In this document: piece after piece, positions 1 to 27,400 of the stretch
Position numbering within the stretch: the first letter of the stretch is position 1
Layout: each line of letters begins with the position of its first letter
Assembly (NCBI GenBank): GCA_903813345.2
Contig: CAIIXF020000001.1
Location: 6,262,001 to 6,326,000, forward strand
Origin: Owenia fusiformis
Taxonomy: Eukaryota
DNA: 64,000 bases
Reading direction: 5' to 3'
Notes under the pieces: generated by a model
What the model saw: the letters and a program-made list of their open reading frames with translations, nothing else
The model's database searches: none
Told to the model about the DNA's origin: nothing
Translations under genes and position numbers: made by a program

Positions 1-1213
1 ATTATGCTAAAAAATAATACTCGGCTCAGCATAATAAAAAGTATAATTAATCAACTTCGGAAGTATTACAAGCAGAAATGGAACTGAAGTTGAGTATTCG
101 TGTATTTCAATTATTCAAATGTGCCATTTTTCATCTTTGTGTATCTGTTCAATAACATATTGCCTCATATGTCTATCAACGATATAAAGATCTGTTGTTG
201 ATTTGGGAGTTGGTAAAACATAAAAATAATGCCATATTTTTGCTCAGTTTCTTATTGCAGGGTGGTTAAATTACTAGCTAAGCCCGGGTAGCTAAGCTAC
301 AACAGCACCATCTAATTAATAGATGGCATGACTTAAGACTTGAAATTAGAAGTTTATCCATGAAGATTAAAGAGCGACATCTATCAATATACATGCCAGC
401 ATACTATTACTGGTCTGCTAGCGAGGTAGGTTGGAAATATGGAATGTGCGGGGAAATAGCGAGAGTAGACAACATAGAAGGTAAGAATCATTTTTGAACT
501 GTAAAGTACTCAAATATTAATTTTTACAAATCCATATAGAGGTGCAAGCGGTTGAAATAAAGATACCATTTACGAAAACATGTAGTTTCAAACGAGATAC
601 AACAAAGTCTAATACAATTGTTCTGATTTTTGGAAGAACGATTTAATCGAATCAAAATGGCTTGACTTTAGAACGACCTTCATTGAATGTAAAAACTTAT
701 ATTAAGTATATAGCCCGGGGTATATAGTCGAAATATAGAAAGAAATATAATGTACCGAGACTACTGTAATATACATGCAATACTGAAAATGGGTTATAGT
801 TGCAATGCATTGGAATCAAAATGCGCAAACCGTAATAGTCGGTTTAATTAACATGGCAACGTATATATTTGATCTAGAATGGGTTAAGAATACTGATTCC
901 CAAGAGTCTACAAAGAAATCAGACAGTTCCCATATATCTAAGAATATTGATCAGAAGAGTGAAATCATATGCATATATTCGTATGGCCGTCTAGATATGG
1001 ATTGTCACAAATCCACTGTATATGTATGCAGTAATTGGCAATTATTGCAAAATCGACACAATTATTTGTTAGTCGTGGTAGTCTATTCATAAGACAATAG
1101 TCTGGACTAAAATTATCTTGAATACTGATGAGTTCGTGGTCAAGAGAAAGGAGCTATGAATAGAAACTCATTCATTTAATAACTGATAATTTTACAAGAT
1201 TCAATGACTTTAA

Positions 1214-1951
1214 AGGAAAGCCCGTCATGATAAACCTTGACATCTCAAATCTTCTCAGCCCTGAGAAGCCCCATTCTGATACTCATAGCATCTTTCTGTT
1301 TCACCTGAAACATGCTCTGATATTATGAGGCATATTCTGTGATCTGAGCAAATCAGATGGGAAAAGTTATAACTGTCAATAAGTGTGACTGTTATCATGT
1401 AATCATCTACCTTAATGTCAATACATTACATAATAGGCATTGTATTTAACAGCAGATATTACAACAGGCACAGTTACACAAGTTTAATGACCCCAATTAG
1501 ATGAAATATGAGCTGGGATGAAAGATCTCAAAAATCCTCAATTTTGGGCTCTCCTGGATCGCCAAATCAAGCTCATTATATCATGGCATCTCAGGGCTGA
1601 GAAGATTTGAGATGGCATGGTTTATCATGATGGAGAAGCCCTGATATAATGAGCTTGATTTGGCGATCCAGGAGAGCCCAAAATTGAGGATTTTTGAGAT
1701 CTTTCATCCAAGCTCATATTTCATCTAATTGGGGTCATTAAACTTGTGTACCTGTGCCTGTGCTAATTTCTGCTGTTAAATACAATGGCTATTATGTAAT
1801 GTATTGACATAAGGTAAATGATTACATGATAAATATCACACTTATAAATCTTCCCATCTGATGTGCTCAGATCACAGAATATCCCTCATAATATCAGAGC
1901 ATGTTTCAGGTGAAACGGAAAGATGCAATGAGTATCAGAATGAGGAAAGCC
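1214..1951. repeat. Interleaved inverted-repeat element (A-B-A'-B') flanked by 9-bp direct repeat aggaaagcc
   Basis: A 1223-1270 is reverse-complementary to A' 1585-1632 (4 mismatches in 48). B 1272-1583 is reverse-complementary to B' 1642-1942, highly similar with small indels. aggaaagcc occurs at 1214-1222 and 1943-1951. Confidence 0.9.
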
Positions 1952-3083
1952 ATGCGCAGCTATCTATACTGCTTTGCGCACTTCTCACTAATGTCAGTGA
2001 TACTTGAAATGATTTAACAGAAATTAACATGAATGATTCTTCTGGTTTTTCCTTTAGAATTGCCATTTCAAAAGCCATTGACATTTCAACAGCTTACCTA
2101 GCTCATCATTTCACGTAAGACGTGCATCTAAGTTAAGATAAGTTACAATCTAAGTTAAGCTACATGCATTGGAGAATAAATGTATATGGACATTGGTTAT
2201 CAATGATGTGTTTTGATTTTCCAAAAGATTTCAAATGATGTTAGCTTTTATAGTTTTCTTCCATACTGGCAATGTTAGATACATGTAAGGCTAGATGGCC
2301 ATATTAGAACATTAGATTCAAAACGGCAGGCCCCAAAATGTTTGCACATAAATATTGTTTTGTTCAAGCCAAAAAATATTTGACAATACGTTGAATCAGA
2401 CCCCATTTTCTAAAAGCAATGCCTATCGATGGAGCAGTGTACTGGGGTACATGTACTTCTAGATCTCGTTTTGGTTTCGTATATTGGATCAGCCTAATAT
2501 TGCTACATTGATTTACAGACTGACAAAGACAAATCTAATTTTCTGATTTGATTATCTGTGATTGTAATTATCCTGGGCCATGAAATAATTCGAACAATTT
2601 TCATGGAACTCCAAAGATAAAAGAAACGATCGTGTATATTGTAATTAACTATCATATGTAATAATTATTATGTAATTAGTGACCCTTCTGACTTTAATAT
2701 CAAAAACAGGAACAGGAACTGAATTCGGAACTTGCAGATTTGTAAGAATCAATATTATCAATATTGTTCAGCTGGTAGTGGTGATAAATATACTTACGAC
2801 ATCAGATTCTCTAACACACTAAATGTTATCACTGATCAAAATAACTGCTCTGTGTAATACATTAGCTTAGGGCGGGGTTGCAACTTGCAATTCACTGACG
2901 AAGTTACTTAGGAAATGAGAAAGCATTAACGACAACAGCATGCCATGATGAATCTTATCTTTAATTTCAGAACAATGGTACAGACAAACTGAATAGACTA
3001 TACTCAATAGCGAAATAACGATAAGGTTGGGCGACAATTTCGAAAAGGCAAAGTGAAACCGATAGCAGCTTATAAACAACAAA

Positions 3084-12124
<9,041 letters not shown>

Positions 12125-13586
12125 TTTACTTGCAGACTTATAAGCTGAATGGAAATATTGTGTCATGCAATAATCATTTTCCCGGCCGTATTCAAGAAGT
12201 TGACAAAATACAAAACATTGATCATTATGCCTAGTTACACAGAGTGTTTAAAATCCATTTTAAGATGAATTATGGTTTGGATGATATGTCCATATGTTAA
12301 TAAAACAGATGCCATTGCATCATTATTCCCAAGTCCCGTTTTAAATTGTTAAATCATCAAATTTTCGGTTTTGATCACGTTTGTAAGTTTTCTGTCAGAA
12401 TCCTAATTTATAAGTATAATCTTAGTATTGATTTAAGTCCTTGTGAACCCTTACCATTTAGCACCTTAGCTCCACAAAAGAAATAGTTGATTGGGGCGGG
12501 TCTAGAGATTTGATGTTAGATAAGGGTATAAACTTTATTTTGATTCAAATATGCATAAAAATATATATATATCCTGTTATGACTAGAACATCATAGTATT
12601 GTACTATTGTACATAATATGTGCTGTGTAAATACAAGATTATTGTCCAGTTAGAAACATATAATTGGCCAGTGAATCAATTTATTTATAATGGAGGAGAG
12701 CGTTGCAGTTACATTTAAACCTAAAACTTTAGGTTACCTGTAAATAATTAGATACATTTTGTTGAATAGTTACGTATATTATTCAAGATAAAGTTGAACG
12801 AATGGATAGATAGATTATGTTAAAAACAATTGCCTGTTGAATATTTGAATTAAATTGCACATTAATGAAACTATTTTGTGTGGTTATAAAACATTTAATT
12901 TGGAATCATACTAAGTATATTGCAGTCATTAAGTTCTGTTTTACACAGGTACAGTCATCATACGATGAAGAAATAAGATGACATTTCTTCATCCGTAAAG
13001 GCATCATGGGAGATATAGAAACGCTCTATGATGTAGTGTAAAATCAATGTAGGCCTGAGTCGCAGGTTAGACATCGAAATCATATTCATATGTGGGGTTT
13101 TAAACTGTCAGTATGTCATATCGTTCAGTAATTAGGGAGTTTAAGCTGGCGTATAAAATCGAAACGCCAACCTGTACGTATGGCCAATCGTCCATAAAAA
13201 TACATCGCTTAAATAACTTACGTTCGCGTTTAGGTTGTGAAAAACAGTGCAAGCTTAAACTCCCTATTATTTGAATCGATTTACACATGACTGATTTTAC
13301 AAGACAATATATTAACGTTCAATATAATCCAGTGCCAATACAATGTGTTTAATTTATAAATGTATTCATAATGTATAATAGTAGATAAATAATGAGTATA
13401 CATATATCATTGTGTGTTTGTTAGTGCCTGTGTGATATTGTATTTGGAAGTCAAAAACCTAAATGATTTTAAATGTATTGTTTTATTAAAAAAATCCTAG
13501 AAGGCGTAATATTATAGTAAATAAATGTACAGAGTATGGACAACACATCACGGTACAATTACGCAGAATGTGTCTTAAATTATACA

Positions 13587-14005
13587 CGGACTGGGTCAAA
13601 AAAACGTCCATATCTTTATCTATTCATTTTGCAATTGTTCCTGATGAAATAAATCTTGATGGGTTTCTTAATAAGAATGGTTAGCAGACACTAACTGTCT
13701 ATAAATGAAATTATACAGTTCTCGGGATATCGAAAGTCCTACTTTTTCACTGATATTAGTCAATGTCTCACGTCAAACTACAAGAGTGACATCTTTATAG
13801 AGTCTGTCAGAGAGACACAGTAGGCTAATGTGTTCGGTGCTGGAATTATTTCCAGATTTAGAGTGGAATATAAGACAAATAAGTCATATCATTTTAGAAA
13901 CAATAATAATTACTGTATTCTCTGTTAAAAATTTATTAAACATAAACTACGGAAAAAATAATAACAAAATTAAAAACTCAAAGGACGTTTTTTTGTCCCA
14001 CTCTG
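13587..14005. mobile_element. Degenerate Tc1/mariner-type MITE
   Basis: cggactgggtcaaaaaaacgtcc at the left end, ggacgtttttttgtcccactctg|TA at the right end. The left TA has mutated to CA. Confidence 0.65.
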
Positions 14006-15627
14006 TACATGTACGTAATTTGAAGACATAAATACCAAGGGGAAATTTCGTGTAGTCTCATGATTAATGTAATGGATGTATATTTCTGTACGGTTTGAGT
14101 TTAATTCATCCTTAAAATAAATATATTTTGGTAGTCTGATTTATTTGTTGCATTCGCATGTATCATACTTGTACATGTAATAGGCCTAGCCATGGTATTT
14201 TGAATACCAATCATGTAATGGTAAATATATATTGTTGTTTGTTAAATTGTGCAATTTATTGTTTTTGTAAATAAAATGAAAAAGACAACAATACAACATA
14301 TCGATTGTCGCGTGTTAACTGTTTGATTAGAACAACCTTGAAATTAAAGCGAAAATTACTTGACTAACCAACCACAGACCCTGGGATGAAGAAAAGACTC
14401 AACTGAGTTCAAGATACCGTGAGTAAGCTCAGGCTCAAATTGAGTTGTAAGCCCCGTTGCCAAGCACATGGTAACCAAATGAATCGAAACGTTGGTCCAA
14501 AGTCGAAAGATGTGCATAAAATACCTCCAAATTAACAGGAACGTAGCCAGGAACTGTCAAAGGGCGCGATTTTGGGTTTGCAATGCATCACAACGACTGT
14601 GACTTTAATTTTGGACAAACACTAAGTTTTTAAATACCTATAACCTTTTCCCATTTTTGAGTTGAATGATACTTGCCAAATCAATGTAACTTTGGATAAG
14701 CTTTAAAATTATATATTAACCAATATTATGGAGACATTGGTATATGGCTGTCTGATACTTTCGGGACAACCTGTAATGGTAGATTCTAAGCATTTTAAAC
14801 TATAATTTGTTGAAGTCCCCGCATTGTTAAGTATGAAAATATGTTTTTATCATTCATTTACTATTTGACATAACTTTAAAAGTTATTTTAGAATTTTTTG
14901 AAAATAGAAATTGAAAAATTCCCCGCCATTTTCAAATAAAATTCAAAGTTGAAAATTTTTTAATCAACAAAAATTCCACTATGCAGTGCAAAACATTATA
15001 TTTTTAACATCAATGCAATGCAATTTCACAATCAATGTTGATTGTCTAACCAGGTTAAAAGGAAGAATATATTATGTTTTAAATACCATTGTATTGTACC
15101 ATTCATTTCTCTCTTATTTATGGACCAATGTTCTTAATTTTTGGGGAAAAAACACACGAGGATGAATACTATGTATTGGAGTGAATTATCCTAAAAGATA
15201 ATTAGTGTAACCTCTAAAAGTTAGTTTTAAAAGTCCTTCAAAAACTGCTTCTGTAATTAGAAAAAACGATTCACATACTAATACCTGTATCACCATGGGC
15301 TTTCAACTCTACTTTGTAGTTTGTACTGGTGAACGCCATCACTCGCGTCTCTCATCATGATGAGTTCCCCTTGTTTTCCCGGGAATTAAATATCTGGAGA
15401 AAGTGCACTGAGCGAAACTACTTAAGTGATCCAATGTGTGATGGATGGGGGCATTCATATTCTATATAATAACGTTTTTCTCCATCGTTTGGTAAAATTC
15501 ATACTAAACTAATATTCCTAGGGATATAATATAATAGATGTATATGTACGTAAAAACACTATATAGGCTACTTGAAATAATCAGATTCGGCGACGCTGCC
15601 TATTTCCGGTTAAACCTCGTTTTCAAA

Positions 15628-22100
<6,473 letters not shown>

Positions 22101-22754
22101 GCTAGGATATATATGATATGGTGTCTTAGTGAGGACAGAATGCCAGCACAATGGCTCATTTTAATGGTCTCAAAATAACATGTGTCATGGTCAATTAAAG
22201 AGTCAGTAGAGGGATATGTGAAACTGATGTCTTAGGACATTAAACTCACTATAATCTATCTGATATATTAATTGTATCTGACAAGCAGGGATCATAAAGC
22301 AACCAAAGTGAGACTTCATTTACAGTTTCAAAGGAGATCACTACTGTTTACTTTCAGTCTGATCTTTGAATTCTATTATTTTCTAGGTGTATAAAACAGA
22401 AACATTGCCAACTTTATTCTCATATAACAACATGCGAATGTAAATTTATTGTGAACTGAACATTGCAAATGACATTAGGAAATAGAATTTTGTATAAAAA
22501 CCAAGTACATCTTTTGGATATGAAAACATTCATGCGTTCCATATGATCATCTACCTACATTCATTTTCAAGTGGATCTTGTGTTCAGGTTCATTTAAAAT
22601 TCCAAAAATATTGATTGCTAAACCAGCAGGCTGCTAAACCGTCCAAATTAGACACCAATGCAAGTTTTGCTGTTTAAATATAAATATAGTCATTCTGTAC
22701 TTAGCACTCGGATCCATCGTCCTTTCCTATGAAATAGTGGAGTATTTAGTTTCT

Positions 22755-22840
22755 GCCTTGCCCAAGTCTGTATTTTTTACTTATCTGATCTTGAAATTAT
22801 TGAAATCAAGTTAAGTAAAAGAGACCGACTTGGGCAAGGC
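22755..22840. repeat. Short foldback / mini-MITE
   Basis: gccttgcccaagtc..ttactta pairs with taagtaa..gacttgggcaaggc. Confidence 0.7.
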
Positions 22841-24448
22841 TATTAGTTTCTCTGCAAAAGTAAATCAAAAGAGTTACCATGACATGTACATTTACCTTTT
22901 CAAAAAATGTGTCAGCCCGGGTGTGTCAGTTTTGGAATGGTTTAGACTTGTCTTGTATTTTTCATTTTCTTTGCCCATTTAAATTGACAAGCTTGCAAAA
23001 CAAGTCATACAAATTAAGACTGCAAAAATATTATCAATTTGAATTGAAATTTCATCAGAATTAAGATAATCTTTACATTCTTTCTGTTACTGACCTTAGA
23101 GCTTTTTAGAGTTCCAGAATGTGTATGGCAAAATCAATACAGTATCATACAATATATATAAATATAATAAACATACAATAATCTATCTATACTATACTTT
23201 ATAATAGAGAGAACAAAGATAGATGACAACAAAAATGTCTATGTTTTAAACTCATCATGTGTCACCTTCTCATTCCTATTTTCTAAAATCTGTCTTTACA
23301 TTAACTTGTGCCAACAATAGAATTTGCTTTGCATTAATCCTCTTCTGTATCCAAATTTTCAAATAGGCTCAGTAGTAAAGGAGATTGCCTTTTCTAAATA
23401 GGTTGTTTTAATATTTTCAACAAAGGTTCAATATTCGGTTTCAAAATTATCCCAATTTTAGACCTACTCTGGGAGTCAAGAGGCTATAATTTATAACTAT
23501 CCTCTTACTCACATGGAACACCTTGACAACGTCAGATACCGTTTTCACAAATGGCGGCCATAGATTCGTATTCGAATCGATGTTTGTTAAATGCGTGTTG
23601 AACTCTTGAACAACAATCAATCAAAGCGCGTCTATTCATCGTATAGTATAGTAAGTTCTACCAATCATCCAAATAAAGCTTTTAATTGTATCGATCAAAC
23701 TACGACATTGGACAACGGAAATGACAACGGTAAGTATGGATCAAATGTGCTGTAAACTCGGGATACCAACGGTAATATTTGAAAATGACATCGGTAAATA
23801 TGGATCAAATGTGCTCAAGGGTAATGTGCCTAATTCCCGTTGTCATTTCTCATGTGTTCCAATGCAATACATCCACTTTAGTCCTTTGTATTATCTTACC
23901 ATGTGTCGTTGTTAATTTGAAATTCGGATTCCGTTGTCATTTACGATAAAGAAGTCGGTACATTGTGGCGATTCACGACCACATTTGATCGAAATGAGAA
24001 TTTCATATTATACATCATTCACCACATGCACGCTTGTTATAAGGCCATATCATAAAAATAAATCGAGTATCGTCTGATTCAATGACAAATAACATATCAT
24101 TCGAAGTAGGCACATGCGGAAATTCTGAAGTCTTGGCCACACCATTCATGATTACTTCACCGATACGTTACAGAAAATCAAAATTAGCATTTACACGTTT
24201 GGTGATAGATATATTGAAAATATTAAACAAGAAGTTTAATCCAATAATGCCACCATTCTAGGTAAATATCGGTGCACGAATTGTTCATTTTGACGCAGTT
24301 ACCGAACCTGACTGTCGGGCGTTATTTCCTAAACTTCACACTCGATGGTATCTCGTGCAAAGGTTGAAATAACAACTTTTTGAGGAATAAATCAATCCAT
24401 ATTGCACTGATACGAGCGATTAAATCTTCAAGCCAAGTGATTGAAGAG

Positions 24449-27400
24449 TTTTTTTTTTTTTTTTTATTAAGTTATTCATTTGTACAAAGAATACAATACA
24501 AAATACAGTGTGAGTGGCTGTGCTTTTAGCATTATTAGCCACGTTCTACAATTACAATATACAATGTATTCAATCAATACTATTGATTAAAATAAATGAG
24601 ATACAATAAGATAAAAATTGTTTTGTGGAGGATTTCAGACATTTACACATCGCTCGAAGAAAATGGCACTGCACTTTAAAACAATCAGATTCTCAGCTCT
24701 ACTTAATGTTTTATCACCATTGAGGATCAGAGAAAGTTTATCACGTTGTGTCTTATATTTACGGGAGTATTGTATATTCATATTTTTTAGTTGGTTTTCT
24801 AATTCAGTCCAGAATGTTAATCTCAAGTTACATCGAAAAATCACATGGCTGGTTGTTTCACTGTTAATACCACATGAGCAGATTGGGGAATTTACATTGG
24901 TAAAGTTATGTGAGTAAAGGTGAGCCTTGAAAATGAAATCACATCGTACTCTGTTAAATATAATTTCTTGATTTCTTGAGATGGACAATTCTGATGAGTT
25001 AATAACAGTTTCGTTAAAGATATTGCTTTTAAGGCTTGATTTAAATATGCTTAAGCTAGATGAGTTCTTTATATCAGATGAGAGTAGATTCCATTCTGAT
25101 ATTGTTTTTGAGATACAAGATCTTTCATAAAATTTGGATTTAACTGGTAAAATATAGTCAAGTTGGTGTCTTAGTTCATGTGTTTGATTTCTTTTTAGTG
25201 GTTCAAATATCTCAGTGACATAAGAAGGCAGCAAGTTGTTGTGAGCTCTATACATAAAGGTAGCTCTATGATATTGACGTCTATTTGAGAGTGTGGGCCA
25301 ATTTAAAGTATTCAACACTTTTGTGGCTGATGTTCCATGCGTGGCACCTGAACAAATAATTGCAGCTTTATAGTAAAGGCGGTCTAAAAGTTGTAGTTTT
25401 GTCAAATTTGCACATCCGTAAAGAATGTCACAATAATCAAAGAGTGGCAAAATAAAAGAATTAAAAATTGTTTCAAGGTGTTTTCCACTTATTTTCTTAC
25501 TGAAGACTTTTAACGGATTTATGAGTTTATCTATTCTTGCCACAAGTTCAGTAATGTGATAGTCAAAAGTGAGATTTTTGTCCAAAATCAAGCCCAAGTG
25601 CTTGTGATTGTTTACTCTCGGTAACTTGTCATTACCAAGGGAAAGATCTGGGGTCAAAATTTCGCGCTTTCTTGGATTAAAAAAAGTCATATCTTTACTT
25701 TTACTAGCTTTGAAGTTTAATTTCCATGTATTTGACCATAAGAGAATTTTATTTAGATCCTCTTGTAATTCATTATTCTTATCAGCTGCTGTTTCAGCTG
25801 TGAAGGATTGGTAAAGTGACGTGTCGTCTGCATATATAAAACATTTGGTATTTAAGTTATCAGGTAAATCATTGATATAAATTAGAAACAGGAGGGGGCC
25901 TAATATGGAGCCTTGAGGTACTCCTGCGTTTATATGGTTCATCTCAGATAGTTCAGACTCTTGGCCATCCAATACAACTTTCACTTGTCTATTAGATAGG
26001 TACGATTTCATTAATTCTATGATGTTATGACCAAAACCATACATTTCCAGTTTTTTTAATAGTAGCCCATGGGGCATTGAATCAAAGGCGGCCGAAATGT
26101 CAAGATAAATCCCCCTTACATTGGCCCCATTTTCAATTTCATTAGTTATGACATCAATTATACTTAGAAGCTGTGCCTGGGTGCTGTGACCTGGCAAAAA
26201 GCCACTTTGGAGGTTATAAAATAAATTGTTCACAATTAGATGGTCAAAAAGTCTTTTGAAGATTACGCGTTCTGCAACTTTAGATATACAGCTCAGGAGA
26301 GTTATAGGTCTATAATTTTTTACATCTGTTTTGTCTTTACTTTTATGAATTGCTACAACGTGGCCTACCTTCCAAGGTTGGGGGTATTTATTAAGAATGA
26401 ACATTTTGTTTAATAATTTTGATAATATCGGTGAAAGTGATGGTGCTGCCATTTTAAGCATTCTATTGCTTAACATGTCAGGGCCAGTAGCTTTATTTGT
26501 GTCTAACCCAAGTAAAATGCTATAAACCTCTCTATCATTAGTAGAGAGTAGGTCAAAAGATTGATCAGTTCTTGGAATAAAAGTTTCATTTCCTTCTTGA
26601 TAATTTATATGATATTTGTCAGTGAAATGAGACAGTAGCAAGTTTGCTTTGTCATGGCTATCAGTGTAACTGTTACCCCTAGCATCACAAAGAAGTGGTA
26701 TTTTACTATTTTTAGATTTTCCCAAAAGCCTACTTACAATTGACCAGTATCCTTTGCTTCCATATCTCTGATTACTTAATTTATAGTACAACCTTGATTC
26801 CATTGCCTCTTTGGCCTCACGAATAGCATCATTAACAAGATTACATTGATCAGTATATTTCTTAAAGTATTTGTCATCATGTGTTTTCCTGTACTTACGA
26901 TGTAATTTATTTCTTTTATTTATCAAGGTTTTGATATCGCTTGTAAACCATGGCTTATCCGTAGGTTTAATTTCAATATCAGAGTTTGGAATAAGATCTG
27001 TAAAAATTGCAAGTAACCCTCTAGAAAAATTGCTTACTATGTCATCTAAATCATTACTACTATCTATCAAGTGATCAAAGTCTGCTGCTCTAACTGAATT
27101 GTTAATTAGATTTATATCTGCTTGGTCATATTTCCAAATTTTTCTTGAATAAGGACGGTTTTTAAGAGTTTTAAGAAAACACTCCGTGTTTATTGAGCAA
27201 TGGTCAGTGTTACCAATAGGAGGAGAAACATAAGCATTTGTTATAATATCAGGGCTATTTGAAATGAGAAGATCAATACATGATCTACTGGTATTTGTTA
27301 TTCGCGTTGGTTCATCTATAAGCTGAAAAAGTCCAAGTTCTTCAATGTGTTCAAATAATTTTTTTCCTGTGAAATTTTCATTGTCTAAGGCCCACCATTG

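Noticed and set aside
805-1092. 95-aa ORF upstream of MFSD6
   Set aside because: No recognisable motif or splice support; length is within chance expectation.
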